NCBI GenBank assembly: GCA_001938485.1
Contig: MQRK01223681.1
Location: 1-55,130, forward strand
Direction: 5' to 3'
Length of the DNA: 55,130 bases
DNA from: Girardia tigrina
Lineage: Eukaryota
Shown piece after piece: positions 1 through 12,340 of this stretch. Numbering within the stretch: the stretch's first letter is position 1; every line of letters begins with the position of its first letter. A program made the position numbers and the translations under genes. Below the pieces are notes generated by a model that saw only the letters and a list, made by a program, of their open reading frames with translations, made no database searches and had not been told where the DNA came from.

Positions 1-388
1 AAAGCACCAAATAGTAGGTGTAAACCAATATTGGGCGCCTTTTCAATTTTTTTTCCACCTACTATTAAAATAGTAGGTGTCCTACTATTTCATGTTATCC
101 GTTATATATATATATATATTTGTTACCAAAAACTTTTCCTACCGAACATCATTCTGAGAAAACGATTTATTTTCTTAACTGTACCACGGTTTTAGGCTGG
201 TGACATTCAGTATAAAAACACATTCTGCTAACGTCAAACAATCAATTACAGATTAAATAAATTTTGTTATGTGTTTTATTTTGAAATCAAACTAGTTATT
301 TTCTGCATTTATTTGAAAATAATTATTGGGTAATTCGGAAAGTCATTTCGTTTTTTTGTATTAAAGTAAAAGACAATTTTTTTATGAC

Positions 389-822
389 TGAGGGATAATT
401 TGGAATGTTGTAAGTTTATTGTTTGTATGCTGTCTTGATTTGTGACTCTCCTACTCAGATGGGATTGATATGTTTATTGATTGATTTATTCAATCTAATG
501 ATATTAATTTTAAGTACTAATTAATTAAAGTTTTATACTCATGAATTTTAATAATATTTTTAGTAAACGATTTTAATTTATTAAATTTAATACATTTTAA
601 AAATAAATGTTCTTTTAAAAAATTACGTAATGCCTTTTAATCCAATAAAATTTAAGAAATTAAAAATTATTATTAAAAACTTTCCCATTCATTGTTTGTT
701 TAGATTTGAATACTTAAACAAAAACTATATCAATCAAAGAAAGATGACCTCTGAAAATTGTTGTGAAGAATCTGTTTGTGTTGTCAATAAATGTTTACAT
801 TCAAATTGTGATGTTGTTAATA
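389..822 (+). mobile_element. Solo-LTR-like element, copy 1 (first 2 nt missing)
   Basis: Closely similar to 32206-32670; ends gttgttaata; TSD atgac/attac (384-388, 823-827). Confidence 0.85.
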
Positions 823-838
823 ATTACGAATAATTATT

Positions 839-1881
839 TTATTGAAAGACATATGACCATTATGGTCCAATACCTCCTTCCATCTTTATGGCAGTGACAT
901 GATTCCACCTTCATAAATTATTTGTTCTTTGCTGCTAAAAAAACTTTTCCAGGTGATTTTTAACATCTTCATTTGATCCAAAAGTGTTACCATCTAAATA
1001 ATTTTGTAGAGACCGGAACAAATGATAATCAGAAGGTGCGAGGTCTGGAGAATATGGTGTGTGGCATGATGTTCCATCCAAGCTGTAAAAACTTTTGGTG
1101 AGTTACCAAACTTTTATGAGGTCTAACATTATCTCGGTGTAACACTACACATTTTCTATTGATCAATTCTGACCTTTTGTGTTTAAGGGATTCATTTAAT
1201 TTGTCCAGCTGATCACAGTAGACGTCCGAATTGATCGTAGTTTTGTCCGGAAGAAGCTCATAAAATACGATTCCTTTGAAATCCCATCAAACAGATAGCA
1301 TCACCTTTTTTTGATGAATGTCAGCTTTCTAAGTGCTTTGAGCAGGTTGATCTTTTTTATTTCAAGATCTCTTGCGTTTTACATTATTGTAGACTACCAA
1401 TTTCTCATCTCCAGTGACGATGCGCTTCAAAAATGAATCATTTTCTTGACGTTTGAGAAGCATATCGTAGATGTCTAAACGACAGCATAAATTTCGTTTG
1501 GTAAGATAATGAGGAATCTATGTGTCGAGTATTGATTTAAAACATAGGCGCTTCAAATGATCATGGACGGTCGAATTAGATAAATGTAATGTCTGGGCAA
1601 TTTCGCGAGTTGTTATTCGCTGGTTTGAATCAATTAATGCCTTTATTATGTCTTCGCCAGCCTCAATGGGCCTTCCGGAACGTAAAGAATCTTCAACATC
1701 AAAATTTCCGGATCTAAATTTTTTAAATCAGTTTTGTCATTGGCATTCTGTCAACACGTCTTCTCCATACACTTCGCATAATTTTCTTCTTGCTTGTACC
1801 CCATTTTTTTACCTTAACATTATTACATCAACTCGAAATGTAAAAATATACATACCATAAATGCTGATTCTTGCTTTCCAT
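839..1881 (-). pseudogene. Mariner transposase pseudogene
   Basis: Translated motifs IVTGDEK..YNNVKR and HTPYSPDLAPSDYHLFRSLQNYL; stops and frameshifts present. Confidence 0.92.
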
Positions 1882-2059
1882 CTTTGATAGGTCAAAAATC
1901 AAATATAAATGTTTTTAATTATTCCGAAATTTTCCAAATCTAATCTTGATTACCAACTGCTAAAATAAATAATATAGTCAATGATTATTAATATAAAAAA
2001 TACATTTAAAACAAGTATTAAAAAAATGAAATGACTTTCCGAACAACCCAATAAAAGTA

Positions 2060-2452
2060 TAGAAAACAAAAAAACTAAATATTACCAGACTCACTCGAGA
2101 CAACACATTGTGTTTTAACAAAATCTTTCGGTCAGTCATTTCAGTTGGTTTGCTATGATGGAATTTCCGATTGTTTTGTTTATAATGTGAAGGTTGAAAT
2201 TAAGTGGATCGCATTTAAAGATTTCTAGGAGATTAATGTTTATCCGTTACCTTGTAAAGTACAAAACGATAGAGAAAACTCATCATTTTCTCAAATGACA
2301 ATTTACAACTGTAACTAATAAAGTAATTAACACACGATATATTTTTATTTATTTTCATTATTAAATTAAATTTATTTATTTCCCTTTGTACTCATAAATA
2401 GCACCCAAATTGACCTGAGGATTAAGTAAAAAATATCTCGAAATGCGTTGCT
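2060..2452 (+). mobile_element. Possible PLE 3' remnant with a degenerate hammerhead
   Basis: CTGAGGA...CTC GAAA TGCG TT at ~2411-2452, preceded by a weak GIY-YIG C-terminal-like stretch (EIKWI...EINV). Confidence 0.4.
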
Positions 2453-3528
2453 TTTAAAATTATTAAATTTATTCTTTAACTAAACACATTTTACTTTCTC
2501 GGCACCTTCAAAGTAATGAAAAATAATGATTACTTATTATTTATATAGATAAAAAACTAATACATCATATGCCTCAAAAAATGTTATTTTAAAAATTTAA
2601 TATGATTGGATGAATCACCTTGCACGTTTGAGCATGGTTTACGATGCTTTATTAACAATTCTTCGGTAATGGTCCTTTTAATAGTTAAATCAGTTGTTTA
2701 ACTACAAAGTTGTATGTATAATTTAATGATTATGTACATAAACTTTATTGTCCATAAAAAGCATTTGAATAATTTAAAATAAAATTAAATTTTAAGTTAA
2801 ACAAAGTAAAACTAGACTTAAAATATTAGAATTTCAAACGCAAAAAAAACATAATATTTTTAAATTTTGATATTCTTACAAAAATATTAAATTCATATAG
2901 GATTTATTTTATCAACTCGGTAGGAGGAGAATGTTATCTCAGAATAGAGCGCCTTTGCTTTTATACATTTAAACTATAAATACAAATATGATATTAAAAT
3001 TTTTATTTAGATTAACTACAGACGCCGTAACCGGGAGATGAGACATGACTATTTATACGGATTTGACGATGTGAAGGTAGCCTAGATGCAATCAAGTAAA
3101 ATTTATTTTGTCTATACAATTTATGAGTACTGAGTTTTATTGTCTAAATATTTTACTTAATTTTCAAAAACTTTTAGAAATATGATTTCTTATTTATGTA
3201 ACAATTTTATTTTGTATCTATTTTGTATCAATTAATTAAAATTGAGTTAAAATATTGTTATACAAAATTTTTAATTTATAAATTAAATTTAAAAATTTTA
3301 ATTTTTACGTTTTGAAATTGCTTAAATTTTATCAGCATAACGAAAATCGACTCCTCAGAAGTAATTTTACAATTAATTTTTAAAATGTAAACATGATGAG
3401 ACGTGCGTACTGTGGTATAGATGCTATTGTATTTAATTATATGGTTTTGTACCATTCAATTGCTTTAAGAAATATTTATTTCAATAATATCAGTTTATTA
3501 ATTCAGTATTTGAGGTATTATCAATATA

Positions 3529-3815
3529 CAGTCAACTCCATATATTTCAAAATCGTATATCTCAAATTATCGCCTATCTCAAATATTTTTTTAAAGTCCC
3601 GATTTTTTTCCCGACAATTTTTTCAACTCCTGGTTATCGTAGGTTTATTAGTTAAACGTCAGTATTTACATTTTTTAAGCTGAATATTTATAAAACTGAA
3701 ATTTGAAATATATATGGATATTGATAAATAACAATAAACTTAAAAATTTTTTAATTTTTTTGAAATCGTTTGTTTCAAACATTTTTATGGTCCCAAAGAA
3801 TTTGAGATATGCGGA
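3529..3815. mobile_element. Pogo/Tigger-like MITE remnant
   Basis: Starts TA|CAGTCAACTCC with repeated atatctcaaa motifs; inverted tttgagatat at the right end. Confidence 0.55.
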
Positions 3816-4354
3816 AAACATATTGTCAAGATTCAATTAAAAAGTGCATATTGGAGTCGGGAAATGTTTACAGAAGTATGATCGAATTACAAATATATAT
3901 ATATATATATATATATAGGGTTAATAATAGGGGGGTTAATAAATAAACATCCCTCCAAAAAGCATAATTGTTTTATTATCACTTAGTTATCCATTGGAAT
4001 TCTTTTAATAACGTATTTGTTATTTAAACAGGTTTTTTGACAATTTATCTTCAAAACAAGTTATTTGCTATACTGGTTCTAGGACAATTCGTTGCAGGTT
4101 AATTAATTTTCTTAATTATAAAAATGAAAATATTAAAAGTAGAAATAACAAATTTAATGAAGAAAATATTTTTAATAATAAAAATGAAAGTTTTTGTCTT
4201 TATTTAATAAAAATTTTCACAATAAAACTGCCTGGATCTTCTTGATGTCTGCCTGTATGGCCTCAGCGTCACCATGCCCATGTAGAGTGCCGACCATGAC
4301 CCTGAACGCCTGTGCCGGTACCTAGATGATTTGCTGAGACACGTTTGAGCAGAA

Positions 4355-5101
4355 TGTGAGGAATAATTTAAATTGTTTGAATGTGTAAATGCATAGATGC
4401 TGTATGTTGATTTAAGTATGTTGAATTTAGAATGGTGATTCTCCCACCCAGATGGAAATTGGTATTTTTTTATTAAATTTAAATGATTGACTATTCTAAC
4501 ATAATTAAAATAATCATTTTATAAGTTCATATTTTTAATTTCACAATTAAAATTAAGTTTAATAATTTTTAGTAAAATTTAAATTAAATTCATTTTTAAT
4601 AATTTGATGACATTTTTATTATTTTTGGATTTATTGAAAAATGGTAAAAATTAATATTTTTTAATTTATATTTTTTTAGAAGTTAAATATTTTAAAAAAA
4701 TAACTTAGAAAAATTGTTCGAATAATCATGATTAAAAACAGAAATAAGAAAACCAATTAGAACGATGGCAAACGATGAAAGACCTGAGAGTTGTAATGAC
4801 TCTAAATGTAATTGCAATAAAAAATCAAATGAGACTTATTTAAATGTTCTTAACCCATTAACGCCGAACGGGAACATTCGTGCCCAGTTAATAAAAATGA
4901 CTGTAAAAGTAAAGACATTGCATTTAGCTATGTTTCGTTGATAAGGTGTGTACTCTGAAGGTTCAGAACACATACGGAACATGTTTTGTTTCTCTGTCAC
5001 CAGACATGCATGCGCAGTAGCCGGCTGACCTTGACCAAGAAAGGAGTGTATGTAACATGGCATCATAATCATCAATAATTCTCGGCATAATTGGGTTAAT
5101 A
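4355..5101 (+). mobile_element. Solo-LTR-like element, copy 2, with a piggyBac inserted in its terminal TTAA
   Basis: Starts tgtgaggaata; ends gttcTTAA[insert]TTAAta; TSD cagaa/tagaa (4350-4354, 5102-5106). Confidence 0.88.
4854..5095 (-). mobile_element. Internally deleted piggyBac (242 bp)
   Basis: TTAA on both sides (4850-4853, 5096-5099); TIR cccattaacgccga vs cccaattatgccga; minus strand encodes a degenerate Cys-rich C-terminal-domain-like stretch (LHTL...GYCAC...KHVPYV.*TFRVH...CLYFY). Confidence 0.8.
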
Positions 5102-5754
5102 TAGAACAATGGACAAGCCAAGTTATTCGCCATTCTGCCTCTCTGTATTGTCAAATATTGTTTCTCATTATCTCCAAATATCAAGTCTTTATCGACAAAA
5201 TAATCGAGTTTCTCAGGCTCGTAATCCGACTCGATTTTTTTCCACAAACACAACGATAAAACAATGAATATATATCAAATGTCGTCAAATGAAATCACAA
5301 CACAAAGAAAGAGGTCACAGTTTATTTTAAACAAAATTCTTTTTTTTGCTAATTAACATCTTTTATTTTATTTCCAAAGTACAATTTTTAATCTAAAAAA
5401 AATCATTCATAAAATTTTTCTTATTTTTTATTACTCACAAAAAACATTTTTTGATCCAAAATACCCAGTTTATTTTCAATAACAAAAGTGGTTCAAGTAC
5501 TATTCTCTTTTTTAGCTCCATCCGTTGTATTGTTTTTTAACACACACATATTTAATTAAATTTGTTATTTTTATTTATAATGTTATCAGAATAAGTAAAT
5601 GAACCGCTTAAATCACACCAAATATATTACACACAAAATTTTTTAATCACTTCTCGTTTTCGAATATCCGCTAATGTCCGAGCTCAGTTAAACAACGAAC
5701 AATTTTCGTTACATTTTCCTGTTCATTTTCATCATCACATATAGCAATGAAAAT

Positions 5755-6222
5755 TCATTTTATTTTGATTGAATTTCTTAATAAGAAATTCGAATTCAGA
5801 GCGTAATCGAGAGTGGTACTGTTCAATTCAACCACGACGCTGATCGGCACACACTTTCCATGAATTCCAGAAGTAACGTAAATATCAATTCTCTGTAATT
5901 GCAAATCACTGTCGCTTTCGTGAACACCAGTGGCCGATTTGACACCGTGTTCGTTCGTGATTATTTTCCAAAACTTTGTTCCAATACTGTTTCCACAACT
6001 TTGAAATATTTTCATTAATTCATACCATTGATCATCAATGTCTTCACAAATTTTAGTAGGTGCTGAAATTTCGTCAGTTTCTTTGATATACAATCTCTGA
6101 TTGGGAATTATTACATGATTATCTTCAAATGTCTTTACAAAATAATCCACATTAAAAATATAGTCAAATGGCAAAGTTATCTCTTCTTTTAAATCAAAAT
6201 ATTGGGTCGTGAAACGAGGCAA
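5755..6222 (-). pseudogene. Chimeric ORF: PPP/PP1-like phosphatase N-terminal fragment fused to a beta-tubulin N-terminal fragment
   Basis: ISAPTKICEDIDDQWYELMKIFQSCG resembles PP1 [63 protein letters not shown]...GKCVPISVVVEL resembles beta-tubulin [39 protein letters not shown]...GKYVPRAILVDL. Annotated start is TTG, not ATG. Confidence 0.85.
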
Positions 6223-7127
6223 ATATTTAGTCGAGAAGTTAAGTATGAAACTTGAATATTATTGTTTTGGTCAATTGATATTATTATTAAGACCTGACAC
6301 GTTTAGTCCTTTTATACCTTACTTACATTCACAAATTTTAGTAAAATTATTACCTGGTATTATCTTTTAAAAATCTAAGCTGATTTTCGTCTTCCTATAT
6401 TCCGATATGTGAGTTCTTATTTCTTAAAATGAAAATTTATGATAATAATATATAAATAACGGCAAGTTATAGGAGACAGATTTGAGTTAAAGATAAACCT
6501 GAATTTCTGAGTCTATAAAGTAATAATTATAATAAAAAATAGTTTTAGTCAGGACAATCGACAATATTTCCCCAATAAATAGCCTGCTTGGTAAATATTG
6601 ACAAAATAACTCATATTTGATAAATTTCATTCAGGAATTCTCTGATAGAACCAAATTGTTGTTTGATGGTTAATAGAAAAGATGGTTAATGGGAAAATAA
6701 AAGCAATTATTTTATTTGTATTTTTAAAAGAATTTTTTTGATTTTATCATTTCTTTGATATTTTAATTGTAACAAACGAATTTTGGGGATATCTGCAATC
6801 TTCATCTATCAAAGACCCTCGCTACTTCTTTTTTTTATTGTTAAAATTTCTTTAATTTCTCTTTAATTAAAATTCAGTGTTTTTTAATTTCTCAAAAAAA
6901 ATCTTTGTTATTTCTGTGTATTATTTTTGTAAATATGAAACAGAAAATATTAGACAACTTGACTCCTTTAATTTAAAACATGATTTAACGTCCAAGGGTT
7001 CGTCTTGAAAATTCTTTCGAACTTATTTGTATTTGAGTCTCAAATAAAATTGCATATACGAGGATTTAGATCTACTAGAACGAATAATTGTATTTTTATT
7101 ATTTATGAAAATAAAGGCCATTAATTA

Positions 7128-7365
7128 TTAATCTTCTCGTATCCATGGTGGTAACAATGACATCGTGTTAATCTGTGCCAAATTTGCTTTAAAATATTTT
7201 ATTACGTGTTATCATCTCAAATTAACGTAATTACAAATATATGTAACACTGTCTCTTTGTAATTACGTTAATTTAAGATGATAACATTTAATAAGATAAT
7301 TTAAAGCAAATTCGGTACAGATTAACAAGGTGTCATTTTTACCACCATGGATACGGGAAGGTTAA
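7128..7365. mobile_element. Palindromic TTAA-flanked MITE (piggyBac-type target)
   Basis: ~110 bp imperfect inverted arms (ttctcgtatccatggtggtaa... / ...ttaccaccatggatacgggaagg), short loop, TTAA at both ends. Confidence 0.8.
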
Positions 7366-7499
7366 ATTTATTCTTAAAATGCTTCACCATCAAACAATTT
7401 TTTTGTAAATTATTGAAATGTTTTTTCTTATTAATTCGAATATATCGAATCATTTTTGATTACTTAGATTTCGTCAAACGATCTTAAGATCGAGGATTT

Positions 7500-8745
7500 G
7501 AATATTTGATTATTCCATTCTTACTCAATCAATTTTCTATAAATTTTTGCACATTTACTCATTTTCAATGACAATAAATAATAATGTGAAAATTTTACCA
7601 AGAAAAACTTTTTAAGGTCTCACAATGAAAAAAATGGCCAAATCAGAGTTCCTGAACAATGTTTGTGTAAAAAGATCTACTTGTAAATTATAAGTAGTTT
7701 ATATTAAGCAAAAAGTAAATGTAATAGTAATTTTACCTTCTACAAAAGATGACAAAAAATTCTCTTGGCCAAGTAGAGTTCTTCCACTATAAAGAATGGG
7801 TATAAAATTTTTTTATTTTGATTTACTAGTTTTTAAATTTATTATCAAAATGTTATTTTAATGTAAAATTACAATTGAATTTTTGGATTGATTTTTAAAT
7901 TTTATATTACGAATTTGCTGTATTCGATACAGAAAATTGCAGATAGAATAATTTCAATAAACGATTAAATATAAAAATATTCGATGAGGGAAAATTTACT
8001 TTCTTCAATAAAATGAGCCCTGCTCGAACACAACATGCCTGACCTTCACACTCCAACTGCCATTCTATAACTATCTCCTCCTGGTCTTCGGGACAAAGTG
8101 GAGATCGAGCAGAGCAATACTGTTGCTCCTTTGTAATGAAGGTCTTAAAACACAACACCAACACAAAAAAATGATTAAAAAATTAAAGAATTTATTGTAG
8201 TATAAATAATTGAAATTTATTAGGATATTTATATCGTTTTGTTAAATTCAAAAGTCGTTTGTGATTGTTTGATGTCTTATTGATTAACGATAATCTTAAC
8301 AGTGATTATTTAGCTTTCTTAACAGATATTAACCATTCTTAAGAATTATTTTAAAAACTAGTAAATCAAAAAATGAAATTTTTTAAATCCATTCTTTATG
8401 AAGACAGAACTCTACTTTGCCAACATAGTTTTATTTAAAAAAAATTTAAAAAAAGCAATAAAAAATTAATATAAACTACTTATAATTTATAAGCAGATTT
8501 TTCTTTCATTTAATATTGTTCGTGAACTCTGATTGGATTTTTTTTCTAATTCTGAAACCATAAAAATGTTTTTCGATCAAATTTTCACATTATCATTTAT
8601 TGTGATCGAAAATCCGTAAGTGTTCAAAGTTTGAAGAAAATTAATTGAGTAAAAAGCCTTTAAAAATAGGTTTATAAATTCCATGGAGACATATATACAT
8701 ATATAGAAAGTAAGCTAATAAAAAGAATGGAATTAGAGAATTATT
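7500..8745. mobile_element. Long-TIR foldback element (MULE/foldback-like), degenerate
   Basis: ~7520-7845 is the diverged reverse complement of ~8340-8652; the match resumes at ~8722-8745. Confidence 0.7.
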
Positions 8746-9529
8746 TACTTAAAAATAAAAATACTTCTTGTTAGATATTTTTGGAATATCTTCCACGTTA
8801 TCAATATTAAATGCTGACATCAGTTTTTCAAGTTTTATTTATCTAATGTGTAATACATTTTATTTAAACAAATTAATTAATTAAATTAATTAATTTAATT
8901 TATTAATTAATTTAATTTATTATTATTAATTTAATTCATTATTTTTTTTAATTTTGAGGAACTATTTATTTCATAAATCTCAAACCGGTATAATAAAAAT
9001 AAATATAGTATTAATAATCCATTTTGCATTTTTTTAATTGCCGACGATTAAATAATTTCATTCTCTTTAATTAAATTTACAAAATGTTATCATAGTGAAC
9101 ATAACTTTATTTAGTTCTTGATTTGTTTTCTTTAATTTTAAAATGATACTTTGAATTCAACTATTATTTCAATTTTTTTAAAAATATTTTCTAAAAAAAT
9201 TCCTAACACTTCTCTTTCAACAATTCTCCAGATCAAATATTCAGATAATATTGTAAACTGTTTATATGTCTGAACAGAAAATAACTCGCTATATGACATC
9301 AATATATGAGTTTATATGTATCCGGGTAATAATACATTAGTTTTTTATCATTCATTGTAATTGTAAATGAATTTGTAGAAAATATTTCGCAAAAAAGGAG
9401 AAAGGAAAACAATACGATCAACTATGAAAGGAAACAACGATTACATTTATATAACTATGTTAACATAAATATTTAAAAAATGACGATAAGGAATTTTTAA
9501 AAAAACAAAAAAATGTTCGTCTAAATATA

Positions 9530-10280
9530 GTCCAAATTAATTTCTACGGATCAACCGTCATCATCAGACTAAATTAACAATGATATACTCGCGTTTATAT
9601 ACCAAAGCAATGTTTACGTAATCATTATGTAATTCAAATCATAAAAATACTTTCAATAAATGTTAACAAAAGTATGCAGTTCTTGCGCGTTTATCAATTG
9701 AGACAATACCTTCCAAGTTACTCCTACATTTGCTTCTGGAATCATTGGCAAAATGTCTATTTTTTAAGTCCATTCAGCTTGTACTTTTAATTAAAATGAT
9801 TAAATTAAATGTCAGATTTAATCCAAGTTTGATCCAGCCTGAACTCTGAACGTAAGTCTAAATTGTATTAATATTAATAAGAATTTCAAAATTCCACCGG
9901 AATGGTCGCGAGTCAGACAATTTAATTATCTTAGTTTTACTTGCCGTTCTAAATGCTTCTTTTCTAAAGAATTTAAGTTTTCTTTTATCAATGATAATTT
10001 TTCATAAATATAATTTGTGTGAATCAGAGTTTTTTTTAGACTAGTTAAGTATGAATATTTGTTATTATAATCTTCATGTCCAAGATCATCAAATGAAGCT
10101 TTTTCAAGAGATTTTCTTCTTTCCTTACATCTAAAATTGGCAGTGTCGGGGAAATATTCAAGGAGACTTTGAACTTCCAAATTAAATTTCCTTAGTTTCT
10201 GTTGGGTTTTGAATGTAGCTCTGTGACTGATATTGATTGATCATCTACAAAGTTTATACACTATTAAGGACATTTCATAA
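9530..10280 (-). mobile_element. PLE remnant with hammerhead core
   Basis: Minus-strand CTGATGA-T-GACGG-TTGAT-CCGTA-GAAA at ~9541-9567, preceded by degraded coding sequence. Confidence 0.6.
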
Positions 10281-10304
10281 TTTTTATAAGATTTTTTTAT
10301 GAGA

Positions 10305-11345
10305 AAAATAGCCCGCATTAATACAATTCTGTCGGTATAGCGCCTTGGTCGACATACGCATAGAAAGCGATGAAATTGATCGAAAACCGTACAAGTAGAT
10401 TAACGGTTAAATCAACACCGATTTTGAATAATGACGATTTGGATGATTCCTAGACAGAATTTCATGAAAGTTTCTATGAAAATACTAATCTATTTGATAA
10501 ATGACGATTTCTATCAATTATTTACTAATTATATTTCCGAAAATCAAGTTCGGTTAAATTTGCAAAATTTTGTTATCATCTGATTCACGGTTTGTCGGTC
10601 AAGTTCAAATTTTACTATGATCATATATATACTGATAAAATGCGAAAAAGTGGAGGAAAAGTGAGTGAATCCGCGTAAAGTTGAGATAACACTGCATAGT
10701 CCACATCGAGACGGTTCTGTCTGTACATCGCCTTTGCTGAAAGGCACCGGTAGCCGACTTCAACGATTGACTGTTAAATCAACAAAGAATTCGAAACAAT
10801 ATAAATAATATTTGTCTAAAAAGTGTGTTTGTTTGTTTATTTGTTTGTCGGTCACGCTTTTCAATGTGAAATTCCGGATGAACCAGAGTGAATCCACTTC
10901 AGTATGTGGTCAATGTGGATAGGCCGCGTCAATACAATTATGTTGGTACAATGCCCGGAAGCTGATGAAATCGATCGAAAACCGTACAAGTATTTAAATG
11001 GTTAAATCAACACAAAGTGTGACGAGGTTGGAGGAGTGTTGGAAATCTGCTAAAATCGCGTGATGTCATTTATGGACAGCCCCAAAATGCGAAATAATGG
11101 AGGAACAGTGAGTGAATCCACGTAAAGTTGAGATAACTCTGCATAGTTCGCATCGAGACGGTTCTGTCTGTACAGCACCTTTGCCGAAAGGCTCCGGGAA
11201 CCGATTTAACTGACAGACTGTTAAATCAACACAGAATTCTAAACATTAAATAATAAATTATAATAATTACGATTTAAAATTAAAACAGAAACTTTCAAAG
11301 TCGAAAATTCAGCTCAGCCGTTATATATGACGGGTCTTTTTCTAG
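10305..11345 (+). mobile_element. Probable non-autonomous Helitron with internal duplications
   Basis: 3' hairpin ccgttatatatgacgg followed by CTAG|T at 11342-11346; (tttg)n tract at ~10826-10848; duplicated blocks 10308-10416/10919-11012 and 10636-10810/11085-11255. 5' end not defined. Confidence 0.6.
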
Positions 11346-11694
11346 TACTAAAATATTTTAGAAGACATGCCAATTTGATCATGATTATTGTAATTTGATA
11401 ATTTTTTATACAAAATTTTTATTACTTTTTGAACTTCTTTATACTTTTGAAAATGATTACAGAATCTGTTTTCTAAATCACAATTTTCCTAGCGATCTCA
11501 GTTTATTACTGGAATCGTATCATTAACACATCAAAATTTAAATCGCCATAACAGTTCCACAGGCCGTAGAATTATCCGTAACCACGTCACGGAATTAATA
11601 AAAAAAAATAAATAATCAAAATTTCATTGAAAATTTATCTGAAATGTAACTTCAACATATAATTTCTAGCTTTGAAATCCAAGTTCTAGAAATC

Positions 11695-11757
11695 GGGTTA
11701 GGTTTAGGGTAAGGTGTTACAATGTTAGGGTAGGGTTAAGGTTAGGGTTAGGGTTAG
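11695..11757 (+). repeat. Interstitial degenerate TTAGGG-type repeats
   Basis: gggttaggtttagggtaagg...gttagggtagggttaaggttagggttagggttag. Confidence 0.8.
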
Positions 11758-12304
11758 TTGACGGTTAAATTTGAGGGTTTAAAATGAGGTGATAAAATGT
11801 TATAGTTATCAGGAGAAACGTCAGAGAGATCAAATGCTATAAAAAGAATTAATTTTGTAATTATTCCGGTAATCCATCACAACACTGGGGACAAGAATAA
11901 ATATTTTAAAAAAAGAACAGATTGTTTAATAGAAACAATCTATAGTTATAAAAAGAATATAAAATTTAAAGTCTAATTTTAAATTTCTCAGCAAAGTCCA
12001 TTTATATATTTGGTTCTTATTTTATTGGGAATAATCGAATTGTCTTTTTATAGAAATAAAAATCTATTTTTTCTTTAAGTTTTCTTTTTTAATAATTTTC
12101 ATCTAAGAACTCATTTATCAGTTGTCATCGCTACTGTTTTTTTGTGTAATTTTTACATATTTTCTCAGATTTTGAAAAAAATCAGATTATTTTGCCCGAG
12201 GAATGTTTATGTAAGCGTCATCACTTCGACATATTATTGCATTTTGGCTAGAAACTATGAGATAATTTTTATTCTGAGAGTCTAAGAATAACACATCGGC
12301 TCGA

Positions 12305-12340
<36 letters not shown>

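Larger units (their letters stand above)
326..2051 (-). mobile_element. Mariner DNA transposon, degenerate, interrupted by a solo-LTR-like insertion
   Basis: TIRs ttgggtaattcggaaagtcatttcg / gaaatgactttccgaacaacccaa flanked by TA (324-325, 2052-2053); mariner transposase motifs on the minus strand. Confidence 0.95.

Noticed and set aside
1-103. aatagtaggtg repeats as a transposon end
   Set aside because: Plausible subterminal repeats, but the partner end lies outside the window and it cannot be classified.
4315-4336. RYLDDLL resembling an RT active site, and VHCSA resembling a PTP motif after rejoining
   Set aside because: No supporting flanking motifs in either frame; likely chance.
10963-10990. 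CTGATGA...GAAA hammerhead-like string
   Set aside because: No stem II or stem I pairing, and the paralogous block at ~10370 lacks the core.
11695-11757. True telomere
   Set aside because: Short, degenerate and internal.
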